From assembly GCA_963704875.1 (NCBI GenBank), contig CAVPIA010000008.1, positions 648,498-680,497 on the forward strand: a stretch of DNA of 32,000 nt. The letters are read 5' to 3'. Below are positions 1 through 7,263 of this stretch, one piece after another (position 1 is the stretch's first letter; the number at the start of each line of letters is the position of its first letter). Made by a program: the position numbers and the translations under genes. This DNA comes from an uncultured Gammaproteobacteria bacterium. GTDB lineage: Bacteria > Pseudomonadota > Gammaproteobacteria > Steroidobacterales > XN24. The notes beneath the pieces are model-generated. The model did not search any database and was not told the origin of the DNA. It saw nothing but the letters and a program-made list of their open reading frames with translations.

Positions 1-1
1 C

Positions 2-493
2 TCGGTGTCCGGTCGGGTGATGGACCCGGGGCTAAAGCTGGCGCCGGCCGGTATCTCGGCCAAGGCACTGATCGATCAATACTGCGGTGGCATGGCCGAC
101 GGTCACCGGCTGATGGCCTATCTGCCAGGCGGCGCATCGGGCGGTATCCTGCCGGCACGTCTGGCTGATCTGCCGCTGGATTTTGGTTCACTTGAGAAAC
201 ACGGCAGTTTCATCGGCTCGCATGCGCTGATCGTGCTCAGCGATCAGGACGACCTGCGCCGTGTGGTGCTGAACCTGATGCGCTTCTTTGAAGATGAAAG
301 CTGTGGCCAGTGCACCCCATGCCGGGTCGGCACCCGCAAGGCAGTGGCGATGATGGAGCGCGGTGTCTGGGATCAGGCGCTGCTGCAGGATCTTGGCCGG
401 GTGATGGCCGACGCATCCATTTGCGGCCTGGGCCAGGCTGCGCCGAACCCGCTGTTATGCGCATTGCGCTATTTCCCCGAGGTGTTCTCATGA
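2..493 (+). CDS. fdsB: NAD-dependent formate dehydrogenase beta subunit (NuoF-like flavoprotein), C-terminal part; 5' end lies outside the window
   Basis: The open frame runs in from the window edge. The translation contains FEDESCGQCTPCRVGT and ASICGLGQAAPNP, the 4Fe-4S motifs of the NuoF/HoxF-type flavoprotein family. Stop TGA 491-493 overlaps the ATG of the downstream FdsA-type gene (ATGA). Confidence 0.85.
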   Translation, partial: SVSGRVMDPGLKLAPAGISAKALIDQYCGGMADGHRLMAYLPGGASGGILPARLADLPLDFGSLEKHGSFIGSHALIVLSDQDDLRRVVLNLMRFFEDESCGQCTPCRVGTRKAVAMMERGVWDQALLQDLGRVMADASICGLGQAAPNPLLCALRYFPEVFS

Positions 494-3246
494 GCACCGA
501 AGGCATCCGCTTTTTTCTCGACGACGTCGAGGTCGAAGCCCGTCACGACGAAACGATCTGGTCCGCGGCCAGACGCGCCGGGGTGGATATCCCGCATCTT
601 TGCCACCGCCCGGAGCCGGGCTATCGCGCCGACGGCAATTGCCGCGCATGTATGGTGGAAATTGAAGGCGAACGGGTGCTGGCGGCTTCATGTGTCCGCA
701 AACCAAAGCCGGAGATGAAAGTCAGCTTTGACAGCCCGCGAGCACGGTCTGCAAGGCTCGGGGTGTTTGAGTTGCTGCTGGCCGACCAGCCTGAGCGTGA
801 TATTGCGCACGATCCGGGTTCGCAGTTCTGGCAATGGGCGGACCGACTCGGTTTACGTGACAGCAGATACCCGAATGAGCGGGGACCCGCCGCCGATACC
901 ACCCATCCGGCGATGGCGGTGTTTCTGGATGCCTGCATCCACTGCAATCTGTGTGTGCGTGCCTGCCGCGAAGTCCAGGTCAACGATGTCATCGGTATGG
1001 CCTACCGCGGCAGCCACAGCAAAGTCGTGTTCGACTTCGATCAGCCGATGGGCGAAAGCACGTGTGTCGCCTGCGGCGAGTGCGTCCAGGCCTGCCCGAC
1101 CGGCGCGTTGCTGGAGCGCTCGCTGGTGGATGCCGGCGCACGGCCTGCCGCGGAGTCCGTGGACACCGTCTGCCCGTATTGCGGCGTCGGATGCCAGATC
1201 CGTTGTCATGTCGATGATGGCCACGTGATCTCGGTCGACGGCCGCGATGGACCGGCCAATCAAAATCGACTATGCGTGAAAGGCCGCTTTGGCCTGGATT
1301 ACGTTAATCACCCGCAGCGTCTCACCGTGCCATTGATCCGCCGTGACGATGCACCCAAGGCGGGCGATATGCAGGTCGATCCCGCGGATCCATCAAGTCA
1401 TTTCCGCGAGGCCAGCTGGGAAGAAGCGCTGGACTTCGCTGCGTCCGGATGGAAACGGATACGCGATGCCCATGGTGGCCAGGCGCTGGCAGGTTTCGGT
1501 TCCGCCAAGTGCTCCAACGAAGAAGCCTATCTGTTCCAGAAACTGGTGCGCACCGGTTTCGGGACCAACAACGTGGACCACTGCACCCGGCTGTGTCATG
1601 CGTCATCGGTCGCGGCCCTGCTCGAAGGGATCGGCTCCGGCGCGGTCACCGCGCCGTTTACCGCCTGCGAGGATGCCGATCTGATTCTGGTGATCGGCGC
1701 CAACCCCAGCGAGAACCATCCGGTCGCCGCGACCTTCTTCAAACAGGCGACAAGACGCGGCGCCCGGCTGATCGTGATGGACCCCCGCGGCACCGCATTG
1801 AAACGCCACACCAGCCACATGCTGCAGTTCCGCCCCGGCACCGATGTCGCCATGCTGAATGCGCTGCTGAACGTGATCGTCGAAGAGGGTCTCTGGGATC
1901 GTGATTACGTTGCCAGGCATACCGAGGGCTTTGACGCGTTTGCGGCACACCTCAAGGACTATTCCCCGGAGCGCATGGCACCAGTCTGCGGCATCGATGC
2001 GGAAACCTTGCGCACGGTAGCAAGGGAGATCGCGGCCGCCCGCTCAGCCGTGATCTTCTGGGGCATGGGCATCGCCCAGCATGTCCACGGCACCGACAAC
2101 GCCCGCTGCCTGATCGCGCTTGCTGCGATCACCGGCAATATCGGCCGGCCGGGTACAGGCCTGCATCCGCTACGCGGCCAGAATAATGTCCAGGGCGCCT
2201 CTGATGCCGGTCTGATCCCGATGTTTTATCCGGACTATCAGCCGGTCGACGCCGCCGATGCACGCGCCCGTTTTGAACAGGCCTGGCAGACAAAACTTGA
2301 CTCCAGTCCCGGGCTGACCGTGGTGGAGACGATCAACGCCGCACGCGCCGGAGAAATCCGTGGCATGTATGTGATGGGCGAAAACCCGGCCATGTCTGAC
2401 CCGGACACCCGGCATGCGCGTGAGGCGCTGGCGAGTCTTGAACATCTGGTGGTGCAGGATCTGTTCCTGACCGAGACCGCATTCCACGCCGACGTCGTGT
2501 TGCCCGCATCCGCATGGCTGGAGAAAGACGGCACGGTAACCAACACCAACCGCCAGATACAGATTGGACGCCAGGCGGTCGCGCCGCCGGGATCGGCCCG
2601 CCAGGACCTTTGGATCCTCCAGGAACTGGCGCGGAGACTCGAACTGGACTGGGATTACCCGCAAGCCCGCGATGTGCACGCGGAGATGGAAAGCGTGATG
2701 GGTTCTCTGAATCACATTAACTGGGAACGGTTGCAACGCGAGGATGCGGTCACCTACCCGTGCCCTGGCCCTGACCTGCCCGGCCACGACATCGTGTTTG
2801 GCGACGGCTTTCCAAGAGAGGGCGGTCGCGCGCGACTGGTGCCGGCAGAATTTCTGCCCCCGGGCGAAACCCCGGACGAGGAATTCCCGCTGATCCTGAC
2901 GACCGGCCGTCAGCTGGAGCACTGGCATACCGGCGCGATGACCCGGCGCGCGAGCGTGCTTGACGCGCTGGAGCCCGAGGCAGTCGCATGCATGTCCGGA
3001 CGCGGACTGGACGGCCTGGGTGTCGAGCCGGGGCAGCGTATTCGCGTGATCACCCGCCGAGGCGCGATCGAGCTCAAATGCCGCCGCGACCCGGCGGTGC
3101 CTGACGGCATGATCTTTATCCCGTTCTGCTACGCCGAGGCCGCCGCCAACGTGTTGACCAGCCCGAAGCTGGATCCGTATGGGAAGATTCCCGAATTCAA
3201 GTTCAGCGCAGCGCGCGTCGAGAAGGCAGAACCAGCACCAGCCTGA
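490..3246 (+). CDS. fdsA: NAD-dependent formate dehydrogenase alpha (catalytic Mo-bisPGD) subunit, 918 aa
   Basis: Starts MSTEGIRFFLDD at ATG 490, coupled to the fdsB stop. Has an N-terminal 2Fe-2S motif (CHRPEPGYRADGNCRACMVE) and 4Fe-4S motifs (CIHCNLCVRAC, CVACGECVQACP, CPYCGVGCQ). The molybdopterin oxidoreductase body carries VDHCTRLCHASSV, i.e. a Cys rather than Sec ligand context. The extra 60 N-terminal codons of ORF 310-3246 overlap fdsB and are rejected. Confidence 0.93.
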   Translation: MSTEGIRFFLDDVEVEARHDETIWSAARRAGVDIPHLCHRPEPGYRADGNCRACMVEIEGERVLAASCVRKPKPEMKVSFDSPRARSARLGVFELLLADQPERDIAHDPGSQFWQWADRLGLRDSRYPNERGPAADTTHPAMAVFLDACIHCNLCVRACREVQVNDVIGMAYRGSHSKVVFDFDQPMGESTCVACGECVQACPTGALLERSLVDAGARPAAESVDTVCPYCGVGCQIRCHVDDGHVISVDGRDGPANQNRLCVKGRFGLDYVNHPQRLTVPLIRRDDAPKAGDMQVDPADPSSHFREASWEEALDFAASGWKRIRDAHGGQALAGFGSAKCSNEEAYLFQKLVRTGFGTNNVDHCTRLCHASSVAALLEGIGSGAVTAPFTACEDADLILVIGANPSENHPVAATFFKQATRRGARLIVMDPRGTALKRHTSHMLQFRPGTDVAMLNALLNVIVEEGLWDRDYVARHTEGFDAFAAHLKDYSPERMAPVCGIDAETLRTVAREIAAARSAVIFWGMGIAQHVHGTDNARCLIALAAITGNIGRPGTGLHPLRGQNNVQGASDAGLIPMFYPDYQPVDAADARARFEQAWQTKLDSSPGLTVVETINAARAGEIRGMYVMGENPAMSDPDTRHAREALASLEHLVVQDLFLTETAFHADVVLPASAWLEKDGTVTNTNRQIQIGRQAVAPPGSARQDLWILQELARRLELDWDYPQARDVHAEMESVMGSLNHINWERLQREDAVTYPCPGPDLPGHDIVFGDGFPREGGRARLVPAEFLPPGETPDEEFPLILTTGRQLEHWHTGAMTRRASVLDALEPEAVACMSGRGLDGLGVEPGQRIRVITRRGAIELKCRRDPAVPDGMIFIPFCYAEAAANVLTSPKLDPYGKIPEFKFSAARVEKAEPAPA

Positions 3247-3424
3247 TTAGATCCGGCGGTCGACAACGCCTTTCTCTAGCTGAGCCATGGGGCAGGGTTC
3301 CGCCAGAAACTGTCGTTGCAAATACTGTGTTTCGGCGTCGCGGAGATCGGGCCAGTCACCATGATGACCACGGTCGAAACCGAGAAGACAAGGTCACTGT
3401 CTCCCAATTCTCAAGACGTATAAA

Positions 3425-3487
3425 GCGCAGTCAATGCGCCAGGTTAATGCGCCGCTGAAAACGGTCGCCTTTTGCGACTTGTTAACT
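3425..3487 (-). repeat. Tentative degenerate attC-like site 3' of the VOC cassette ORF
   Basis: Plus strand reads GCGCAGTCAATGCGCCAGGTTAATGCGCCGCTGAAAACGGTCGCCTTTTGCGACTTGTTAACT. It has a GTTAACT box at 3481-3487 abutting the ORF stop, duplicated AATGCGCC blocks resembling the TAACGCC end of the better sites, and an internal GTCGC/GCGAC stem (3464-3478). The boxes deviate from consensus and the boundaries are uncertain. Confidence 0.25.
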
Positions 3488-3488
3488 T

Positions 3489-3983
3489 TCAGTAAGCACC
3501 CTGTGAATAAGTTAATTCATAGCTATGTGAATAGACTTCGAAGATCAGGCCAAACGGATCTTCCACGTAACACATTCTGTAGGGTTTCTCGCCGGGATAG
3601 TATTCACGTATCGGCATTCTCTGTTTACCACCGTGAGCCACAATTTTCTCTACAAGCCCTTCGATGTCGGGGTCCTGCACGCAAAAATGGAACGTGCTCG
3701 TTTTCCAGTATTCGAAATCCTTCGGCGTCTCGTTGTTTTTAAACTCGAACATTTCAACGCCGATTTTGTCGCCGGTGGACATGTGAGCGATTTTGAAAGA
3801 GCCCCAGCCGGCTCCAAATACATCAATACACATTTGACCAATCGGAGTATCTGATTCTTCGGTAATGACGGTGGGCTCCATTATGTGATACCAGCCCATG
3901 ACTTCGCTGTAAAATTTGGCCGCTTTCTCTACATCAGGAACAGAAATTCCGATGTGTGAGAACGTTCTTGGGTATGTACTCAT
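3489..3983 (-). CDS. VOC (glyoxalase/bleomycin-resistance/dioxygenase fold) family protein, 164 aa; cassette-like ORF
   Basis: Translation FSHIGISVPDVEKAAKFYSEVMGW...FHFCVQDPDIEGLVEKIVAHGG...CYVEDPFGLIFEVYS shows the paired beta-alpha-beta-beta-beta VOC pattern. The ORF is complete, the DNA is AT-richer than the flanks, and only ~25 nt of 5' UTR follow the GTTAGCT box. Confidence 0.75.
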   Translation of the reverse strand: MSTYPRTFSHIGISVPDVEKAAKFYSEVMGWYHIMEPTVITEESDTPIGQMCIDVFGAGWGSFKIAHMSTGDKIGVEMFEFKNNETPKDFEYWKTSTFHFCVQDPDIEGLVEKIVAHGGKQRMPIREYYPGEKPYRMCYVEDPFGLIFEVYSHSYELTYSQGAY

Positions 3984-4002
3984 GATGATTGCTTGTTTTC
4001 GA

Positions 4003-4080
4003 AGCTAACGCCCACATAAGCGGCCGAGCGCCAGAGAAACCTGCCGACTGCAGGGAGCGAACTTAATGTAATCATTAGGT
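4003..4080 (-). repeat. attC-like site (degenerate) between the 4-TM ORF and the VOC ORF
   Basis: Plus strand has AGCTAAC (4003-4009) ... ATTAGGT (4074-4080). The arms CTAACGCCCACATAAG / CTTAATGTAATCATTAG pair only partially. It shares the TAACGCC, GCCAGAGA and GGGAG blocks with the 4468-4564 site. Read on the minus strand it is ACCTAAT...GTTAGCT, with one mismatch in each box. Confidence 0.45.
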
Positions 4081-4087
4081 GTTGCAT

Positions 4088-4417
4088 TCATCGATTATCA
4101 GAAAGCAAAGCCGCGAGCCCCGCTCCGATAACCGAACAAACAATAGAAATAGCAGCAACTATTGACTGCCACTTGGCATCTGGCTCTATAAGTAAAATCA
4201 GAACGGCCGTCACAATAAGTGCCGCATTAAGCAAAAGAATTAACGACCAATCTTCATGAAGGGCGCGGGGATTCCCACGAGAAAGAAAGAATTGAGAAAA
4301 CAGGTAGTAAATACCAATAACAATAAATGCAGCGGCAACTCCGAATGTTTCACCCACAGCAAACCCCAGAAAGAACGAAATTATCCCGAGAATTAATGCG
4401 ATTATTTTCTTTGCCAT
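4088..4417 (-). CDS. Hypothetical small integral membrane protein (109 aa, 4 predicted TM helices); cassette-like ORF
   Basis: Complete ORF with AAGGA 8-9 nt upstream of the ATG. There are four hydrophobic ~20-aa segments (IIALILGIISFFLGFAV, FGVAAAFIVIGIYYLFSQFFL, WSLILLLNAALIVTAVLILLI, WQSIVAAISIVCSVIGAGLAALL). I recognise no family. Confidence 0.6.
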   Translation of the reverse strand: MAKKIIALILGIISFFLGFAVGETFGVAAAFIVIGIYYLFSQFFLSRGNPRALHEDWSLILLLNAALIVTAVLILLIEPDAKWQSIVAAISIVCSVIGAGLAALLSDNR

Positions 4418-4467
4418 TGATTGAGTCCTTCTTAACTCGACACTATGTATTCACGGGAAATGAGCAC

Positions 4468-4564
4468 ACCTAACGCCAGAGATCAGCTGCGTTTGACGGC
4501 GACCGACCGTAGCGGCAGCGAAGGGAGAAAGCGGTCAAACGTCTGCTGCAGCGCATTGTTAGCC
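4468..4564 (-). repeat. attC-like recombination site (97 bp), the best preserved in the window
   Basis: Plus strand has ACCTAAC (4468-4474) ... GTTAGCC (4558-4564). The arms ACCTAACGCCAGAGATCAGCTGCGTTTGAC and GTCAAACGTCTGCTGCAGCGCATTGTTAGCC are imperfect inverted repeats around a ~36-nt centre. On the minus strand (the sense of the flanking ORFs) it reads GGCTAAC...GTTAGGT, so the perfect GTTRRRY box sits at the distal (R') end. Confidence 0.6.
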
Positions 4565-4609
4565 AGCATACGACAAGATACTGACAGTGTCCGCTTCCAA
4601 AAGCGGAAG

Positions 4610-5134
4610 TCAGGTTAACGCCGGCTCTTCTTTCAGAAACGGCATTGCGTCGAAGGCACTCGTGTATCTATACGGGTTATTCGGATCATTCCGTAGTGCC
4701 TCAAGTTCTTCCACCAAATCTGGTGCGAAGGCGCCCGAAGATTCTCTCCACCACACAGCACCGCCAGGGGTACTGATCAGGCCGTTGTACCACGTCAGCC
4801 AGCCTTTATAAGACAGGTCCGCGATCAGACCCTTTTGCTTCATCCGAAAAACAGATTCCATTTGCAAATGGAAGTTGACGAAAAGGAAATAGAAACGTGT
4901 CTTCACTTCAGGATCTTGTTCTTCGTATCGATTCAGGCAAGCTCTGAATTCGGCAGTCAAGGTTGGATCTGCGATCAGAGGCGCGAACGTGTTAACCGTC
5001 AGCAATTCGCGCTGACTCTCTGCTTCAGCAAGACTGTTGGATTGACGAATCTGAAGGGAAAAGTAGATCAGGGTGACCAGTACTGCAACTGCCCCAAAGA
5101 CTTCCGCGACTGCACTTATTGCGTCCCAATTCAT
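4610..5134 (-). CDS. Hypothetical protein with one N-terminal TM anchor (174 aa); cassette-like ORF
   Basis: The ATG at 5134 is preceded by GGGAGG with a 6-nt spacer; the GTG at 5152 used by the ORF track is less likely. The N-terminus AISAVAEVFGAVAVLVTLIYFSL is hydrophobic and is followed by a ~140-aa soluble region. I recognise no family. Confidence 0.6.
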   Translation of the reverse strand: MNWDAISAVAEVFGAVAVLVTLIYFSLQIRQSNSLAEAESQRELLTVNTFAPLIADPTLTAEFRACLNRYEEQDPEVKTRFYFLFVNFHLQMESVFRMKQKGLIADLSYKGWLTWYNGLISTPGGAVWWRESSGAFAPDLVEELEALRNDPNNPYRYTSAFDAMPFLKEEPALT

Positions 5135-5230
5135 CTCAGACCTCCCATTCACAAGAAGGAGCAGAATACCGTATGGAGCTATTTTATTATTCAGTTACCG
5201 AAGTGGGTCGTCTCCGGCCGCAAACACCTA

Positions 5231-5273
5231 TGCTAACTCCCATACCCGTTACGACGGCTTTGGGTCGCTAGCA
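5231..5273 (-). repeat. Short attC-like palindrome at the upstream (minus-sense) boundary of the 4610-5134 cassette
   Basis: Sequence is TGCTAACTCCCATACCCGTTACGACGGCTTTGGGTCGCTAGCA. The ends TGCTAAC/GCTAGCA and TCCCA/TGGG pair, and the centre forms CCGT-TACG-ACGG. The left end CACCTA-TGC-TAAC resembles CACCTAAC of the 4468 site. It is only 43 bp, shorter than typical attC sites. Confidence 0.35.
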
Positions 5274-5404
5274 GTCATGCAACTCGCCATTTTCTCCTGC
5301 CGGACCAGGACGGGCAGCCGGGGCGACGTCGGCGGGGCGATTCTATATCCAGCCGCAACAGCTCCCTTGGATCGCCAACGTCGAGTTCGGCTAGACTTCC
5401 GAGC

Positions 5405-6934
5405 ATGAGCGAGGAATCAGACGAGGAGACCGTGGGCCAGGACCAGTATGTACTGCCGGACGGTGGGGGCCGCATCGCCGTGGTCCTCGGTGCCAGCGGC
5501 TACATGGGTTCCAATATGGTCCCGGCGCTGGCGGCCCAGGGCTGGCATGTCCGTGCCACGGCCCGCAATCCGGCCGTGCTCGAGGCCCGGGAATGGGGCG
5601 AGGGCGTCGACTGCCTGCCGGTTGATGTACTCGAGCCGGAAACCCTGCCGCCGGTGCTGGAGGGTGCCGACATTGTTTACTACCTGGTGCACATGATGTG
5701 GACCGGTGGGGACTTCGTGCCGGTGGAGCGCCGTGCCGCCGAGAACGCCGCCAAGGCATGCGAAGTGGCCGGCGTACGACGCATTGTCTATCTGGGCGGC
5801 ATCATGCCGAAGGAAAAACGATCCCGGCACATGGAAGGCCGCGCGGTGGTAGGCGATGCGCTCAGGGAGGGTTCGGTGCAGGTCATCGAACTGCAGGCGG
5901 CCATGATCGTCGGCCCGGGTTCCGCTGCCTTCGAGGTGATCCGCGACCTCGTCAACCATCTGCCGCTGATGATCACGCCCAAGTGGGTGCGCAATCGCTC
6001 CACGCCCATTGCCCTGGACAACGTGCTGACTTACTCGCTGGCAGCGGCGGACCTGCCATTCGAGGGACACCGGACGCTGGAGCTGGCCGGGCCGGACACA
6101 CTTTCCTACCAGGAGATCATGGATATCTACGGGGAGTTTGCCGGTAAAAAGACACTGGTTATCCCGGTGCCGGTGCTGACACCCACGCTCTCCAGCTACT
6201 GGCTGTACCTGGTTACCTCCGTGCCGCCCACCACCGCCATGTCCCTCGTCGAGGGCCTGGCGCACGACTACATCGGCGATGACAAGGAGATGCGCCAGCT
6301 TGTACCCCAGCGGCTGCTGACCTTTCGCGAGTCCGTGGCCGCGACGCTTGAGGCCGAAAGGAACCATGATGTGCCGGCACGCTGGGTCGAGGGATCCATT
6401 GCCTGCCGGGACTGGAACCCGAAGTATGCTTACTACGCCAAGCAGTACTGCAGCGAGCAGGAAACCACTGCGTCCCGCGAAGCGGTGTTCCAGGTCTTGC
6501 AACAGTTCGGGGCGGACGGGGATTTCTTCGCCTACAAGCCTCTATGGTGGCTGCGGCGGGCCTTCGACTGGCTCATTGGCGGGCCGAGTTTCCGAACGCG
6601 CCGCCGGGACCCGGACACCCTGCGCATGGGCGATATCGTGGACGGCTGGCGGGTGCTGGGCCTTGAGCCCGGCAAACGGCTGACCCTCTTGATGGAGATG
6701 CGGGCACCGGGTTCCGGGGTTCAGGAGTTCTCGGTTCGGGAGCAAGATGGAAAACGGGTCATCCGCATGTGCGCCTACTGGCACCCGGCTGGCGCGTGGG
6801 GTCTGTTTTACTGGTACGCCCATCTGCCCTTGTATGGCCCGCTGGTACGCGGCGCGCTCGAGGAGATCGCCCGGCGGGCGGAGTCGCTGGAGGCGATACC
6901 CCGCCGCCGGCCGGAGAGCCCCGACGTTGCGTAG
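5405..6934 (+). CDS. Atypical SDR / NAD(P)H-binding (NmrA-like) domain fused to a C-terminal DUF2867-like domain (YbjT-like architecture), 509 aa
   Basis: Has the Rossmann motif VLGASGYMGSNMVPAL near the N-terminus and a long C-terminal region (...WRVLGLEPGKRLTLLMEMRAPGSGVQEF...) typical of NAD(P)-binding+DUF2867 proteins as I recall them. GC is host-like. The start is ambiguous: ATG 5405 has a weak RBS, and GTG 5480 lies just before the Rossmann motif. Confidence 0.7.
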   Translation: MSEESDEETVGQDQYVLPDGGGRIAVVLGASGYMGSNMVPALAAQGWHVRATARNPAVLEAREWGEGVDCLPVDVLEPETLPPVLEGADIVYYLVHMMWTGGDFVPVERRAAENAAKACEVAGVRRIVYLGGIMPKEKRSRHMEGRAVVGDALREGSVQVIELQAAMIVGPGSAAFEVIRDLVNHLPLMITPKWVRNRSTPIALDNVLTYSLAAADLPFEGHRTLELAGPDTLSYQEIMDIYGEFAGKKTLVIPVPVLTPTLSSYWLYLVTSVPPTTAMSLVEGLAHDYIGDDKEMRQLVPQRLLTFRESVAATLEAERNHDVPARWVEGSIACRDWNPKYAYYAKQYCSEQETTASREAVFQVLQQFGADGDFFAYKPLWWLRRAFDWLIGGPSFRTRRRDPDTLRMGDIVDGWRVLGLEPGKRLTLLMEMRAPGSGVQEFSVREQDGKRVIRMCAYWHPAGAWGLFYWYAHLPLYGPLVRGALEEIARRAESLEAIPRRRPESPDVA

Positions 6935-6936
6935 GT

Positions 6937-7263
6937 TCATGAATGCATCCCCCCGAAACGGCGAACCCGCCAGGGATGCAAATAGAACACCTTGCAGACT
7001 ATCTTCCACTGACCGTCGAACCTGACCAGGTTGAAGAAGTCCGTGAACCGATGACCGGTCCATTCGTCCATGTCCAGGCGCACGCTGGCGCAGGTGCCCA
7101 CCACGTCGATTGAAGTGAAGCGGGCTTCCAGGCCCTTTGCGGGCCAGTTGGAATCATTCCAGTCGTAAAGACCCTGGATGGGACGGCCGAACAGGTCGGG
7201 GCCTGTGTATCCACAGATGTTGGCGCCTTCGTGAAACGCCGGGCGCAAAGCCAGTATCAGCAA
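6937..7263 (-). pseudogene. NTF2-like (SnoaL_3 / putative lumazine-binding type) gene, 5'-truncated
   Basis: The translation ...[14 protein letters not shown]...FTSIDVVGTCASVRLDM...FTDFFNLVRFDGQWKIVCKVFY matches the C-terminal ~80% of NTF2-like proteins. The first helix (~25 aa) is missing. There is no ATG (the ORF track starts at a TTG), and the frame runs straight into the antisense of the intI remnant. Confidence 0.55.

Noticed and set aside
310-489. A 60-codon N-terminal extension of the fdsA ORF (the ORF-track start is at 310).
   Set aside because: It lies entirely inside fdsB in another frame and has an Arg/Gly/Pro-rich composition typical of off-frame GC-rich DNA. The FdsA-like sequence begins at MSTEGIRFF (ATG 490), coupled to the fdsB stop.
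3247-3396. A 49-codon minus-strand frame ending directly against the fdsA stop (…GHHGDWPDLRDAETQYLQRQFLAEPCPMAQLEKGVVDRRI*).
   Set aside because: It has no plausible start codon and I recognise no family. I did not call it as a gene and mention it only as a possible remnant in the finding on the fdsA boundary.
3434-3742. A 102-aa plus-strand ORF; also small plus-strand ORFs at 3633-3854, 4587-4811, 4835-5236 and 5073-5408.
   Set aside because: They are antisense to or overlap the better-supported minus-strand cassette ORFs, lack RBSs, and have no recognisable motifs.
4590-4607. A TCCGCTT-CCAA-AAGCGGA hairpin just after (minus sense) the stop of ORF 4610-5134, and the GTTAACGCC inside that ORF's last codons, considered as an alternative attC boundary.
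   Set aside because: Using them would make the attC ~154 bp and would pair worse with the ACCTAAC end than GTTAGCC (4558-4564) does. The hairpin has no U-tract, so I did not call it a terminator.
6944-6980. An 8-bp inverted repeat TGCATCCC...GGGATGCA with an inner GGCG/CGCC stem at the convergent SDR/NTF2-like junction, considered as the missing attC of the NTF2-like cassette or as a bidirectional terminator.
   Set aside because: It has no RYYYAAC/GTTRRRY-like boxes, a 21-nt interior, and no flanking T-runs on either strand. It also lies inside the 3' end of the NTF2-like reading frame. The evidence is insufficient for either call.
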